A model generated the notes under the pieces. The model saw only the letters and a list, made by a program, of their open reading frames with translations, did not search any database and was not told where the DNA came from. A DNA stretch of 64,000 nt, taken from positions 160,001-224,000 of the forward strand of contig CAWHFW010000004.1 in NCBI GenBank assembly GCA_963828735.1, given 5' to 3'. Made by a program: the position numbers and the translations under genes. This document shows positions 1-10,311 of the stretch, piece by piece (the stretch's first letter is position 1; every line of letters starts with the position of its first letter). The DNA comes from an uncultured Gemmatimonadales bacterium (GTDB lineage: Bacteria; Gemmatimonadota; Gemmatimonadetes; Gemmatimonadales; GWC2-71-9).

Positions 1-729
1 GAGGTGACCTTCCAGACCGCAGCGGGCGACCTCGACCACGTGTGGAATACGTCGTGGGGCGTGTCCACCCGCCTCGTCGGCGCCCTCATCATGACGCATA
101 GCGACGACGCCGGCCTGGTCTGCCCGCCGCGGCTGGCCCAGTACCAGGTGGTCATCGTGCCGATCTACCGCACCGACGACGAGCGAGGCACCGTCGTAGC
201 CGCGGCCGACCGGCTGCGCCGGGAGCTGGCCGCCGCGGGGGTCCGGGTCCATCTGGATGCGCGTGAGGGCATCAAGCCGGGAGCCAAATACTACGAGTGG
301 GAAGGGCGGGGCGTGCCGTTGCGGCTCGAGGTGGGTCCTCGCGACGTCGCCGCCGGCGCGGCCGTGCTGGCCCGTCGGACGGGCGGGAAGAAGGAAACCA
401 TGCCCGTCGACGGACTCGGCCAGCGGATTCTCGAGGAAATGGAGCGGATGCAGACCGGCCTGCTCGAAACGGCGCGCGCGCGGCGTGAGGCGAACAGCAT
501 CCGGGGCGCGACCAAGGAGCAGTTCCTGGCCTACATGGAGGCGAACGGCGGCTTCGTATACGCGGGCTTCTGCGGCGGCGGCGCCTGCGAGGCGGAGATC
601 AAGGAGCAGACCAAGGCCACGATCCGAGTCCTGCCGGACGAGGAGTCCCGTTCGCCGGAGACGCCCAAGACATGCATGTGGTGCGGGCGGCCCAGCGCCT
701 CCGAGGCGGTGTGGGCCAAGGCGTACTGA
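1..729 (+). CDS. proS: Prolyl-tRNA synthetase, archaeal/eukaryote-like type, C-terminal part (5' truncated by window)
   Basis: Motif 3 NTSWGVSTRLVGALIMTHSDD, anticodon-binding KPGAKYYEWEGRGVPLRLEVGPRD, C-terminal Cys-containing domain ending AKAY. Confidence 0.95.
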   Translation, partial: EVTFQTAAGDLDHVWNTSWGVSTRLVGALIMTHSDDAGLVCPPRLAQYQVVIVPIYRTDDERGTVVAAADRLRRELAAAGVRVHLDAREGIKPGAKYYEWEGRGVPLRLEVGPRDVAAGAAVLARRTGGKKETMPVDGLGQRILEEMERMQTGLLETARARREANSIRGATKEQFLAYMEANGGFVYAGFCGGGACEAEIKEQTKATIRVLPDEESRSPETPKTCMWCGRPSASEAVWAKAY

Positions 730-1997
730 CCGACAGCCGCTTCGCCGACGCCGGTCTCGATCGGCGGGACGGCACCCTTTGCCTGGGCGGCGTTCCGCTC
801 GCCGAGATCGCCCGCGCGGTCGGCACGCCCGTCTACGTCTACAACGCGGGCGCGATCCGCGAGCGATACCGGGCGCTCGACGCGGCGCTGGCCGTCCTGC
901 CGCACCGCATCTGCTACGCGGTCAAGGCCAACAGCACGCTCGCCGTGCTCCGCATCCTGCGCGAGCTCGGTGCCGGCGCCGACATCGTCTCGGGCGGCGA
1001 GATGGCTCGCGCGCTCGCGGCCGGCTTCCCGGCCGAGCGCATCGTGTTCAGCGGCGTCGGCAAGGCCGGCGACGAACTTCGCCGCGCGGTCCAGGCGGGT
1101 CTGGGCCACCTCAACATCGAGTCGGTGGAGGAGCTGCATCGGCTGGCGGCGATCGCGGACGAGGAGCGCACCGACGTCGCCGTCGGCATTCGCGTCAATC
1201 CTGACATCACGACCGACACCCATCCGTACATCTCGACGGGGAAGAGTGGCATCAAGTTCGGCGTGCCGGTGGACCAGGTGCCCGCGGCGGCCGACCTGAT
1301 CGCCGCGCATCCGCGTCTCCGCCTCACCACGCTCGCGATGCATCTCGGGAGCCAGCTCTCGGACACCGATCCGTTCCGGCAGGGCATCGGGCGGCTGCTC
1401 GAGCTGGCCTCAGCGCTCCGGTCCCGGGGCCACGCGCTCGAGGTGATTGACATCGGCGGCGGCCTGGGCATCCGGTATCATCACGAGCAGCCGATGGATC
1501 CGGCCCGGTTCGCCGCCGCTGTCGTCCCGCTGCTCGCCACGACGGGATACATGGTGTACCTCGAGCCCGGCCGGTTCCTGGTCGGCAGCGCCGGCGTGCT
1601 CGTGACCGAGGTGCTCTATCGGAAGCACTCGGGCGGGAAGGAGTTCGTGGTGGTGGACGCTGGGATGAACGACCTCGTCCGTCCCAGCCATTACCAGGCC
1701 TACCACGAGATCGTCTCGCTCGAGTCGAACGAGCAAGCGACGGTTCGGGCGGACGTCGTGGGCCCCGTCTGCGAGACTGGTGACTTCCTCGCCCTCGACC
1801 GCCAGGTCCCGGATGTGGCGGCGGGCGATTGCCTCGCCGTCCTCGGTGCCGGCGCCTACGGCTTCGTCATGGCGTCGAACTACAACTCGCGGCCCCGGCC
1901 CGCGGAGGTCGTGGTGGACGGCGATCGCTGGTGGGTGGCGCGCGCGCGCGAGACGATCGAGCAGCTGTATCAGGGCGAGCAGATGGACCCGGCATGA
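711..1997 (+). CDS. lysA: Diaminopimelate decarboxylase
   Basis: YAVKAN PLP lysine, [37 protein letters not shown] start at 711 inferred. Confidence 0.95.
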   Translation: MGQGVLTDSRFADAGLDRRDGTLCLGGVPLAEIARAVGTPVYVYNAGAIRERYRALDAALAVLPHRICYAVKANSTLAVLRILRELGAGADIVSGGEMARALAAGFPAERIVFSGVGKAGDELRRAVQAGLGHLNIESVEELHRLAAIADEERTDVAVGIRVNPDITTDTHPYISTGKSGIKFGVPVDQVPAAADLIAAHPRLRLTTLAMHLGSQLSDTDPFRQGIGRLLELASALRSRGHALEVIDIGGGLGIRYHHEQPMDPARFAAAVVPLLATTGYMVYLEPGRFLVGSAGVLVTEVLYRKHSGGKEFVVVDAGMNDLVRPSHYQAYHEIVSLESNEQATVRADVVGPVCETGDFLALDRQVPDVAAGDCLAVLGAGAYGFVMASNYNSRPRPAEVVVDGDRWWVARARETIEQLYQGEQMDPA

Positions 1998-3583
1998 CGC
2001 GGACCACCACAGGAGCATCACGACCCGTGCCCCAGCACCACGACGGCATCCTGATCATCGACTTCGGGTCCCAGTACACCCAGCTCATCGCCCGCCGCGT
2101 GCGCGAGGCGCACGTCTACTGCGAGATCCATCCGCCATCGCGCACGGTGGAGTGGATTCGGAGCTGGCGTCCCAAGGGCATCATCCTCTCGGGCGGCCCG
2201 AACTCGGTCTACGGCGACAGCGTGCCGACGGCCGATCCCGCCCTGCTCGAACTGGGCACCCCGGTGCTCGGCCTCTGCTACGGCATGCAGCTGCTCGCGC
2301 ACCTGTCGGGCGGCAACGTCAAGCGGGCGTCCCGGCGCGAGTACGGCCGGGCCACCGTGAAGATCGAAGGCGGTCGCCTGTTCCGGGGGTTCGGGAAGGG
2401 CGAGGAAACCCCCGTGTGGATGAGCCACGGTGATCACGTGGACGTGCCGCCGCCGGGCTACCGAGTCACCGCGTCGAGCGAGAATAGTCCGGTCGCCGCG
2501 TTCGAGCACGGCCAGCGCCCGCTGTTCGGGGTGCAGTTCCATCCCGAGGTCGCGCATACGCCCCGTGGCGGTGAGATCCTCAGCAACTTCCTGTTCGAGG
2601 TCTGCGGGGTCACGCCGGACTGGACGCCCGGCCATTTCGTCGAGACGGAGATCGAGCGGATTCGCGCCCTGGTCGGTGTCGATCAGCGCGTGATCTGCGG
2701 ACTCTCGGGCGGCGTGGACTCGTCGGTGGCGGCGGTCCTGGTGCACCGGGCGGTCGGCGATCGGCTCACCTGCATCTTCGTCGATCATGGACTGCTGCGC
2801 CTGCACGAGCGGGAGCAGGTCGAAGCGACGTTCCGGCGGCACCTGGGCATCGACCTCCGGGTGGTGGACGCCGGCCCGACGTTTCTCGAGCGCCTCGCCG
2901 GTGTCAGCGACCCGGAGGAAAAGCGGCGGCGCATCGGCCACACGTTCATCGATGTGTTCGAGTCCGAGGCCCGATCCGTCGGGACGGATGTCGGCTTTCT
3001 GGTGCAGGGCACGCTCTATCCCGACGTGATCGAGTCGCTGTCGCCGCAGGGCGGGCCGTCGGCGACGATCAAGACGCACCACAACGTCGGCGGCCTGCCC
3101 GAACGGCTGCCGTTCGAGCTGCTGGAGCCGCTCCGCGAGCTCTTCAAGGACGAAGTGCGACAGGTGGGACGCGAGCTCGGCCTGCCCGAAGAGATGGTCG
3201 GCCGCCATCCATTCCCCGGCCCCGGCCTCGCCATCCGCATCCTCGGCGAGGTGTCGCCCGAAAGCCTCGGCATTCTCCGGCGGGCAGACCACATCTATCT
3301 GGAGGAGATCCGCGCCGCGGGCCTGTACGACGAGATCTGGCAGGCCTTCTCCGTGCTCCTTCCCATCCGCTCGGTAGGCGTCCAGGGGGACTTCCGGAGT
3401 TACGATCAGGTGATCGCCCTGCGGGCCGTCACCAGCCGCGACGGCATGACGGCCGACTGGTACGCCTTCCCGCCCGAGGTCCTCGCGCGCATCTCGAACC
3501 GCATCGCGAACGAAGTCGATGGGGTGAACCGGGTCGTCTACGACGTGAGCTCCAAGCCACCCGCCACGATCGAGTGGGAATGA
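1994..3583 (+). CDS. guaA: GMP synthase (glutamine-hydrolysing)
   Basis: [39 protein letters not shown]-terminal [13 protein letters not shown] overlap with lysA. Confidence 0.97.
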   Translation: MTRTTTGASRPVPQHHDGILIIDFGSQYTQLIARRVREAHVYCEIHPPSRTVEWIRSWRPKGIILSGGPNSVYGDSVPTADPALLELGTPVLGLCYGMQLLAHLSGGNVKRASRREYGRATVKIEGGRLFRGFGKGEETPVWMSHGDHVDVPPPGYRVTASSENSPVAAFEHGQRPLFGVQFHPEVAHTPRGGEILSNFLFEVCGVTPDWTPGHFVETEIERIRALVGVDQRVICGLSGGVDSSVAAVLVHRAVGDRLTCIFVDHGLLRLHEREQVEATFRRHLGIDLRVVDAGPTFLERLAGVSDPEEKRRRIGHTFIDVFESEARSVGTDVGFLVQGTLYPDVIESLSPQGGPSATIKTHHNVGGLPERLPFELLEPLRELFKDEVRQVGRELGLPEEMVGRHPFPGPGLAIRILGEVSPESLGILRRADHIYLEEIRAAGLYDEIWQAFSVLLPIRSVGVQGDFRSYDQVIALRAVTSRDGMTADWYAFPPEVLARISNRIANEVDGVNRVVYDVSSKPPATIEWE

Positions 3584-4086
3584 GCCGCCCGCGCGCCGTC
3601 ACGCTGCGCTTCCTCGCCGAGCCGGGACACGTCAACTTCGGCGGCAAGGTGCACGGCGGCGCTGTGATGAAGTGGATCGACCAGACGGGCTACGCCTGCG
3701 CGGCAGGGTGGACGGGCGAATACTGCGTCACGATCTACGTGGGCGGCATTCATTTCATTCGGCCGGTGATGGTCGGCGAGATCGTCGAGTGCCGGGCGCT
3801 CGTGATCCACACGGGCCGAACCAGCTTGCACATCGCGGTGAACATCTACGCGCGCGACCCCAAGGCCACGGAGCTCAAGCGGACGGGGCACTGCGTGATC
3901 GTCTTCGTCGCGCTCGACGAGGGGGGGCGACCGACAGCAGTACCCAGGTGGATCCCGGCGACCGATACCGATCGCGCGCTCCAGGCATACGCGCTCCGGC
4001 TGGTCGAGCTCAGGAAGCTGATGGATGCGGAGATGGACTCACATCTCGCGGAGCTGGAACGCGCGGCAGCGGACCGCGCAGGGTAA
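3580..4086 (+). CDS. Acyl-CoA thioesterase (hotdog fold, YciA-like)
   Basis: [27 protein letters not shown] motifs. Confidence 0.9.
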   Translation: MSRPRAVTLRFLAEPGHVNFGGKVHGGAVMKWIDQTGYACAAGWTGEYCVTIYVGGIHFIRPVMVGEIVECRALVIHTGRTSLHIAVNIYARDPKATELKRTGHCVIVFVALDEGGRPTAVPRWIPATDTDRALQAYALRLVELRKLMDAEMDSHLAELERAAADRAG

Positions 4087-4117
4087 GAGGTCGCGGCGCT
4101 GCACGGCCGCCCGAGCT

Positions 4118-4141
4118 GGGCCGGCCGCCAGTGGCCGGCCC
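4118..4141. terminator. GC-rich hairpin between convergent genes
   Basis: GGGCCGGCC-gccagt-GGCCGGCCC inverted repeat; no clear U-tract. Confidence 0.45.
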
Positions 4142-4149
4142 CCCCGAGA

Positions 4150-4296
4150 TCAGAGAGCCCTTCGGCCGGTGAAGAAGTTGATCAGGAAGACGATGACCGC
4201 GATGACGAGCAGGAGATGAATCAGCGCGCCCGCGACGTGAAACACGCCCCATCCCAACACCCACGCGATCACGAGTAAGACGGCAAGCCAGATCAT
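4150..4296 (-). CDS. 48-aa membrane microprotein, lmo0937/DUF5670-like (not in ORF track)
   Basis: Manual translation MIWLAVLLVIAWVLGWGVFHVAGALIHLLLVIAVIVFLINFFTGRRAL; GAGG RBS upstream; family-typical GALIHLLLVIA. Confidence 0.85.
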   Translation of the reverse strand: MIWLAVLLVIAWVLGWGVFHVAGALIHLLLVIAVIVFLINFFTGRRAL

Positions 4297-4522
4297 ACAC
4301 GCCTCGAGGTAACAGGGTCAGAAGCCATTCGAGCCCGGACAACGGTAACGCCGGGCCGGCCCCGGGTCCGTGACGTGTCCCACCCTCCGGCCCGTCGCTC
4401 ACCGGAGCCGCTGGGTCCGGAACTCCTTCGTCAGCCGTGGCGCCGTCCCGGGAAACCGGTCTAGCATACGGCGCGGGGGCCGCGCCGGAAAGAGCGAGGT
4501 CGCCGGCGGCCGAACGGGTCGT

Positions 4523-6700
4523 CTAGTGGTCTGTCTCAACCACGCGAATGGCGCGGCGCCGCGCGTCCAGGCGTCCGTCGGGACCCGTGACCTTCACCTC
4601 GACGACGTACCGCCCGGGCTTGAGCCGCGCCAGTTGGAGCGTGCGGTGCGCCCGGATCGGATCCCCACCGGCGGCCTCATCCACGTGAAGCGAGACGACG
4701 GGGCGGTCCTCGACCCGGTCGTCACCCCGGACCCGGAACACGCCGATCTCGTGACGATAGGAGGCGCCCGCGCGGGTGCCTGCGGCCTCGTAGTACAGGT
4801 GAACCTCGCTGCCGGCGGGGAACAGGTCGAACGGCGTGAGCAGGACGGTGTCGGCCGGCGTGGGCTCCCAGCGTGCACTCGCCGCTCGAATGCCGAGCGC
4901 AAGATCGCTGAGCGAGAGACTGGGTCCGGGCGAGCGGACGGTGACGCTGTCCCTCGGCAGAACCACCCCGGCCCCCTCGCCTTGCTCCAGCGCCGCGCGC
5001 CAGGCATAGCGGCCAGGGGGCACCGGCAGCTCGACCCGTCCGATGAGATACTGCCCCCGGGCGAGCGCGCGGTCGAGCCGGAAGACCAGCGTCGTATCGG
5101 CGTGCGCCACGGCGTGCTCCGCGCCGTCGAGCGCCACGAGACGGACCCGCACCGCGTAGCTCACCCCGTCGATCTCCGGCGAGGGTGTGGTCGCCGCGGG
5201 GCCGACCGCGAAGACGAACTGTGTGAGCGGCTCGCCGTGCGCCGCGCCGACCGCCACCAGATCGGCATAGGCGGTGAGCCGCTTCGCGAACTGGAGTTCG
5301 TAGGAGTCAGTGGTGGTCCCGTAGTCGATGCTCGCGCGGCCGATGTTCCGCTCGGTCGCGCGGGCGTGCGCGGCGCCGTGGGGCCCCCAATGCAGCATCC
5401 GGCCGTACAGCGGCGAAAGCGTCTGGCGCGACAGGAGCAGCTGGTCGTCCGGCGCGCCCGCCGCGCCACGCAGGTCGAGCACGCTCTCCACCAGTCGATA
5501 GTCGTACAGGTCACCGCCGCCGCTGTCGTCGTAACCCGCGCTGAAGTGAAACAGCAGGTCGCCGTCGGCCCGGCCATAACGCCAGGTCTCGTTGGGCATC
5601 AGGCCGAACACGAACGGCTTGAGGCGTAGAGCCGGCTCGCCATGGCGCACGTAGATCACGCCGCGGTCGTCGAGCTCCTCGCTGCCGGAGCGGTACGCGT
5701 CCTGGTCTCCATAGAAGCGCCGCGAGACGGTCAGGGCGAAGTGACGACGAGCGTACAGGAGGCGGCGGTAATGCTCTCGCAGCCGCTCGCCATCGGCGCG
5801 TAGCTCGGCCCGGTCCCGGTCCGACCAGAACCGCGCGAGCCACGCGGCGCGATCGGCGCCGTGGACCGCGTCGAAGCGAGCGAGCTCCGAGTCCGGGGCG
5901 ATCGGAGCCAGATCTTCGCGGTAGCCGGCCACGGTCGCGGAGTCATCACTCACCGCCCCCTCGAAATACGGGCGATCGCCATCCTTCGACCCGAGGCCCA
6001 GGCTCGTGCGCGCCCATTCCAGCCGGGCCACTGCCGCGGAGGAGCCGCTCCCGTCGGCGGCGTGCTCGAACGACACGAGCGCCGACTCGGGCTCATCCGC
6101 GGCACGCTCGAGCCTGCCGCGTGCCAGCAGGAGATCGGCCGGCGCGTCCGTCATCGCCGCCGAGGCGCGGCGCAGCGCGTCTCGGGCCGGGACGAAGAGC
6201 GCGGTGTCGTGCAGCGCCAGCGCCACGTGGGCGAGGGTCAGCGCGGCTGGCACGTAGCGGGGGTCGGCCTCGAGCGCGCGGCGCTCGTACTCGATGGCAC
6301 GCTCGAGCGTACCCGTGCCCACGCGATTGCCAAGCGCGACCGGATCCGCGCGCTCCCAGGCCGCGCGGCGCATCTCCGCCGCGGCGAGCGCGTGCCAGGC
6401 CTGCGGCCACGCGGGCTCGCGCTTGACCAGGCGGCGCAGCGCGTCTCGCGCGTCGCCTGCGTCGGCGTCCGCGCCCAGCTCCGCGCGGCGAAGCGCGACG
6501 AGCGCGAAGCGGAGGGACGAGACAGGATCTTGGGGCCGGCGTCCGGCGAGGGCCTGTTGGAGGAGGGCGAGCGCGGAGGTGTCCTGGGCGGCGGCGAGGG
6601 AGTCGCGGAAGCGATCGAGCGCGGTGCGGTCCGACGCGGTCTGGCCGGCGAGTGCCGTAGGCAATGCCAGTACCAGCAGGGTCGGGAACCACGAGCGCAC
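4523..6700 (-). CDS. Secreted TPR-like + GWxTD-domain-like protein with beta-rich C-terminus
   Basis: Signal peptide; FWSDRD...EHYRRLLYARRHF...DDRGVIYVRHGEP...NETWRY pattern of the GWxTD family. Confidence 0.75.
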   Translation of the reverse strand: MRSWFPTLLVLALPTALAGQTASDRTALDRFRDSLAAAQDTSALALLQQALAGRRPQDPVSSLRFALVALRRAELGADADAGDARDALRRLVKREPAWPQAWHALAAAEMRRAAWERADPVALGNRVGTGTLERAIEYERRALEADPRYVPAALTLAHVALALHDTALFVPARDALRRASAAMTDAPADLLLARGRLERAADEPESALVSFEHAADGSGSSAAVARLEWARTSLGLGSKDGDRPYFEGAVSDDSATVAGYREDLAPIAPDSELARFDAVHGADRAAWLARFWSDRDRAELRADGERLREHYRRLLYARRHFALTVSRRFYGDQDAYRSGSEELDDRGVIYVRHGEPALRLKPFVFGLMPNETWRYGRADGDLLFHFSAGYDDSGGGDLYDYRLVESVLDLRGAAGAPDDQLLLSRQTLSPLYGRMLHWGPHGAAHARATERNIGRASIDYGTTTDSYELQFAKRLTAYADLVAVGAAHGEPLTQFVFAVGPAATTPSPEIDGVSYAVRVRLVALDGAEHAVAHADTTLVFRLDRALARGQYLIGRVELPVPPGRYAWRAALEQGEGAGVVLPRDSVTVRSPGPSLSLSDLALGIRAASARWEPTPADTVLLTPFDLFPAGSEVHLYYEAAGTRAGASYRHEIGVFRVRGDDRVEDRPVVSLHVDEAAGGDPIRAHRTLQLARLKPGRYVVEVKVTGPDGRLDARRRAIRVVETDH

Positions 6701-6703
6701 GGG

Positions 6704-7156
6704 CTACACTCCCTTCTCTCCCAGCAGTCGCAGGAAGTCGTCCGACGACCGAAGCGCGGCGAGCCGGTCGGGAACGTCGGGCTCCTTGGCGAACTGCGCG
6801 ATCTTCCCCAGCACCGGGAGGTACTGGTTGGACACCTCGAGTGGGGGGGCCACGATCAGAAAGAAATCGAAGACCGGGCGGTTGTCGATGGCCTGGTACT
6901 CGATGCCCGTCACGTGGTGCCCATAGGCGATCCGGAGACGACTCACCACCAGCGACCGGCAATGCGGAATCGCGATTCCCCGGCCCACGCCGGTGGAGCC
7001 CAGGGTCTCCCGCCGCTGGAGCATGCGCAGCAGCGAGTCGCTCGCCGCGTCGTCGAGACGAAGCAGCCCCACGAGCTCCGTGAGGATCTCATCCTTGGCG
7101 CCGCCGCGAAGCCCGATGGAGATGGCATCCGGCGAGAAGAAGTCGGCGAGGTGCAT
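6704..7156 (-). CDS. Stand-alone PTS EIIA (fructose/Ntr-type)
   Basis: RETLGSTGVGRGIAIPH with phospho-His; ATG at 7156. Confidence 0.9.
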   Translation of the reverse strand: MHLADFFSPDAISIGLRGGAKDEILTELVGLLRLDDAASDSLLRMLQRRETLGSTGVGRGIAIPHCRSLVVSRLRIAYGHHVTGIEYQAIDNRPVFDFFLIVAPPLEVSNQYLPVLGKIAQFAKEPDVPDRLAALRSSDDFLRLLGEKGV

Positions 7157-7221
7157 GGTGTGGCGGCAACCTAGTGCTGGCCGTGTCGATCCGTCAACGG
7201 GCCGGCACCACCGCCAGCACC

Positions 7222-8511
7222 TCAGAGTGGAAGGCGCAACACCAGCGGCGACTGCAGGGGCGTGGATGTGTCGAGCGTCCCGTCCTCGCGAAAGCGCTCC
7301 CACTGGCTGTTCGCCACGTAGTACAGCGACGGTCCCACCAGCACCCCGAGCGTCGGCTCGGCGTAGTCGGGGCGCGCGCGCTCCAGCACCTCCATCGACG
7401 CGAGCCGTCGACCGGCCTCATCGAGATGGAGACGCACGACGCGGGCGGGACTCACACCGTTCTGGATGCCCACCAGGCCCTCACCGGTGGCGTACAGCCC
7501 GTCGACCCCGAGTGCCATGACACCGTCCGCCGGGGGCAGGAGGGCCACCTCGCGCGTCGTCATGTCCACGCGCAGAATGCCGCGAGAATAGTCAGCGATG
7601 TACATCGAGCGCTCGTCGCGGTCGAACGCCATGCCCTGCGCGGACAGGAGGAGTGGGGAGGTGAGAAACCTTTCCAGGGTGTCGCTCCCGGGCCGCACCC
7701 GATAGACCGTGGGGGCGCGGCTGTCGCTCGCGTACACGTCACCGCCACGGGTGATGGTCACATCGCCCAGTGCGTGCGGCGCGGCGTCGGGGGAGATAAG
7801 GTAGCGTCCGCGCAGCGCACCGGTGGACAGGTCGTATGCGAACACGCCGGACCGCCCGGCCTCGGTGCTGTCGTACCCGACCATCTGCGGCACGGCCGTC
7901 GCTGCGACCCACAGGAGCCCGCGTGACGAATCGGCCCGCATGCCGAGCGGCGCCCAGAGGCCGTCCCGCGCGGACGAGACGAATTCCGTGACCCGGCCGG
8001 ACCGGTCGACGCGCAGGATCTTGCGATGGTGCACGCTGCCGACGAAGAAGGCCCTCGTGCGAGGGTCATACGCGACGCCCTCGGTCAGGAGATCGCGTTC
8101 GGGCAGGGTGAAGGCGGCCTCGGATCGCATCAGGGGCGTGGCGTTCCGGCTCAGCGCCCGGCGCACCGCATCGAACTGGGGAAGCGAGCGTAGCGGGGCG
8201 AGGTCCGAGTCCGCCATGACGTCGGCCGTGTAGCCGAGCGCGGCGAAGCGCTGGAGCATCGCGAGGGCGCCCGCGGTATCACCGGCCATCGCGTAGGCGG
8301 ACGCGAGGGTGTAGATCACCCCGCCGTGATCCGGCCGGAGGCGTTCCGCCTCGCGGGCGTGGGCGAGAAAGCCCGGAACATCGTGCGCTTCGTACGCCTT
8401 GACCGCCTGTTGGTGCGCGGCCCGAGAGGCGAGGACCGGATCGTCCTGTGCGGCGGCGGGCGCGGCGAGGATCGCGAGCGCCATGGTCACTAAGGTGATG
8501 TGTGGGGGCAT
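7222..8511 (-). CDS. Secreted protein, TPR-like N-terminus + SMP-30/gluconolactonase-like beta-propeller
   Basis: Signal peptide (AAPAAA-QDD); EGVAYDP, GDVYASDS, QGMAFD, GVDGL blade repeats. Confidence 0.7.
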   Translation of the reverse strand: MPPHITLVTMALAILAAPAAAQDDPVLASRAAHQQAVKAYEAHDVPGFLAHAREAERLRPDHGGVIYTLASAYAMAGDTAGALAMLQRFAALGYTADVMADSDLAPLRSLPQFDAVRRALSRNATPLMRSEAAFTLPERDLLTEGVAYDPRTRAFFVGSVHHRKILRVDRSGRVTEFVSSARDGLWAPLGMRADSSRGLLWVAATAVPQMVGYDSTEAGRSGVFAYDLSTGALRGRYLISPDAAPHALGDVTITRGGDVYASDSRAPTVYRVRPGSDTLERFLTSPLLLSAQGMAFDRDERSMYIADYSRGILRVDMTTREVALLPPADGVMALGVDGLYATGEGLVGIQNGVSPARVVRLHLDEAGRRLASMEVLERARPDYAEPTLGVLVGPSLYYVANSQWERFREDGTLDTSTPLQSPLVLRLPL

Positions 8512-8581
8512 GGAGGCACTACGCCCACCCGCCAGCCTGGGTTCCATTGCCGTCCGTCCAGCCGCCAAGTATTTTCTCCCC

Positions 8582-9565
8582 ATGCAGTTGCCCTTTCCGT
8601 CCGAGCACGAGTTCCCCCTCCTCCTGGCCCCGATGGCCGGGGTGTCGGAGGCGCCGTTCCGCCAGATCTGCCGGCGAATGGGCGCCGATGTCGTGCTGTC
8701 CGAGTTCCTCTCCTCGGAGGCCATCCGGCGCCGCATCCGGAACACGCTCGAAGGAGCGGAGTTCGAGGAGGTCGAGCGGCCCATCGGCATCCAGATCTAT
8801 GGCGCCGACGCCAACGCGATGGCGGAGGCGGCCGGGCTCATCACCGAGCATTACCGGCCCGAGTTCATCGACATCAACTTCGGCTGCCCGGTCAAGAAGG
8901 TCGTACAGCGGAACGGTGGCTCGGGATGTCTGCGCGACATGGAGCTGGTCGAGCGCATCATCCGCGCGGTCATCGGAGCCACGCACCTGCCGGTCACGGT
9001 CAAGACCCGGAGCGGATGGAACGACGAGACGCGGGATCCCGTCAGCATCGCGCGCCGGATGCAGGATGCGGGTGCACGGGCGTTCACGTTGCATGCACGC
9101 ACCCGCACGCAGATGTTCTCGGGCAAGGCCAACTGGGACGAGATCGCGCGGGTGGTCGAAGCGCTCGACATTCCGGTCATCGGCAACGGCGACATCCAGA
9201 CGGCCGAGGACATCGTGCGCATGCGGAATCACACCCGGTGCGCCGGCCTCATGATCGGCCGCGGCGCCTTCGGGAATCCATGGCTCTTCCGCGACGGGCG
9301 GGCCCTGCTCGAGGGCCGCGCGACTCCGCTCGCACCCGGCGCCGCCGAGCGATTCCGGGTGGCTCTCGACCACGCCCGGCTGGCGCTCCGGCTCCAGGGG
9401 GACACCCGGAAGACCGTCATCGAGTTCCGGAAGCACCTCGGCTGGTACACGAAGGGTCTGCACGGCGCGAGCGACCTCCGCCAGCGGCTGTTCCAGATCG
9501 AGTCGATCGCGGAGGCCGAGGCGACCTTCCTCGAGTATCTCGAGCCGGTCGCCGCAGTGGCGTGA
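8582..9565 (+). CDS. dusB: tRNA dihydrouridine synthase
   Basis: LAPMAG, DINFGCP, TVKTRSGW, LHARTR, IGNGDI, MIGRGA. Confidence 0.93.
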   Translation: MQLPFPSEHEFPLLLAPMAGVSEAPFRQICRRMGADVVLSEFLSSEAIRRRIRNTLEGAEFEEVERPIGIQIYGADANAMAEAAGLITEHYRPEFIDINFGCPVKKVVQRNGGSGCLRDMELVERIIRAVIGATHLPVTVKTRSGWNDETRDPVSIARRMQDAGARAFTLHARTRTQMFSGKANWDEIARVVEALDIPVIGNGDIQTAEDIVRMRNHTRCAGLMIGRGAFGNPWLFRDGRALLEGRATPLAPGAAERFRVALDHARLALRLQGDTRKTVIEFRKHLGWYTKGLHGASDLRQRLFQIESIAEAEATFLEYLEPVAAVA

Positions 9566-10311
9566 GACCCGAGCAGCTCGAGGTCCTCCTCGCCGACGTC
9601 GCCGCCGGGCGCGTGGCGCCGGGTGCAGCGCTCGAGCGCCTGCGCCACCTTCCGTTCGAAGATCTTCCGTTCGCCCGCATCGACCATCATCGCGCCCTGC
9701 GACAGGGGCAACCCGAAGTCGTGTTCTGCGAGGGGAAGTCCCTGGAGCAGGTGGTCGCGATCTGCGAGCGGCTCGAGGCGGCCACAGGTTCGTTTCTCGG
9801 GACGCGCGCGAACGAGGCGACGGCAACCGCGCTGCGTGGCCGGTTCCCGCACGTCCGCTGGAATCCCGCCGGGCGCACCGTGTGGCTCCCAGCCGAGGAC
9901 GCGCCCCCGCCGACCGCCGGTCCCGTGCTCGTCGTATCCGCCGGCACCAGCGATCTCCCGGTCGCCGAGGAGGCAGCGACGGTCGCGGAGGCGTTCGGTG
10001 TCTGCGTCGAGCGGCTGATGGACGTGGGGGTCGCCGGTATCCATCGGCTGCTCGCCGAGGGCGACGCGCTTGGCCGCGCGAAGGTCATAGTCGTCGTCGC
10101 CGGAATGGAGGGCGCGCTGCCCAGTGTGGTCGGGGGGCTCGTCGCGGTGCCGGTCATCGCCGTGCCCACGAGCGTCGGGTACGGGGCCTCGTTCGGCGGC
10201 CTCGCCGCGCTCCTCGGCATGCTCAACTCGTGCGCGGCCGGCGTCACGGTCGTGAACATCGACAACGGCTTCGGCGCGGGGGCCGCGGCGAGCCGGATCT
10301 GCCGTTCGTGA
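9562..10311 (+). CDS. larB: Nickel-pincer cofactor biosynthesis carboxylase LarB (PurE-like)
   Basis: ARIDHHRALRQGQPEVVFCEGK, AGTSDLPVAEEA, DVGVAGIHRL, AGMEGALPS, PTSVGYG, VVNIDNGFGA. Confidence 0.92.
   Translation: MRPEQLEVLLADVAAGRVAPGAALERLRHLPFEDLPFARIDHHRALRQGQPEVVFCEGKSLEQVVAICERLEAATGSFLGTRANEATATALRGRFPHVRWNPAGRTVWLPAEDAPPPTAGPVLVVSAGTSDLPVAEEAATVAEAFGVCVERLMDVGVAGIHRLLAEGDALGRAKVIVVVAGMEGALPSVVGGLVAVPVIAVPTSVGYGASFGGLAALLGMLNSCAAGVTVVNIDNGFGAGAAASRICRS

Noticed and set aside
9562..10311. Second purE
   Set aside because: It has LarB-specific motifs and lacks SAHRTP; the true purE is at 18526-19020.
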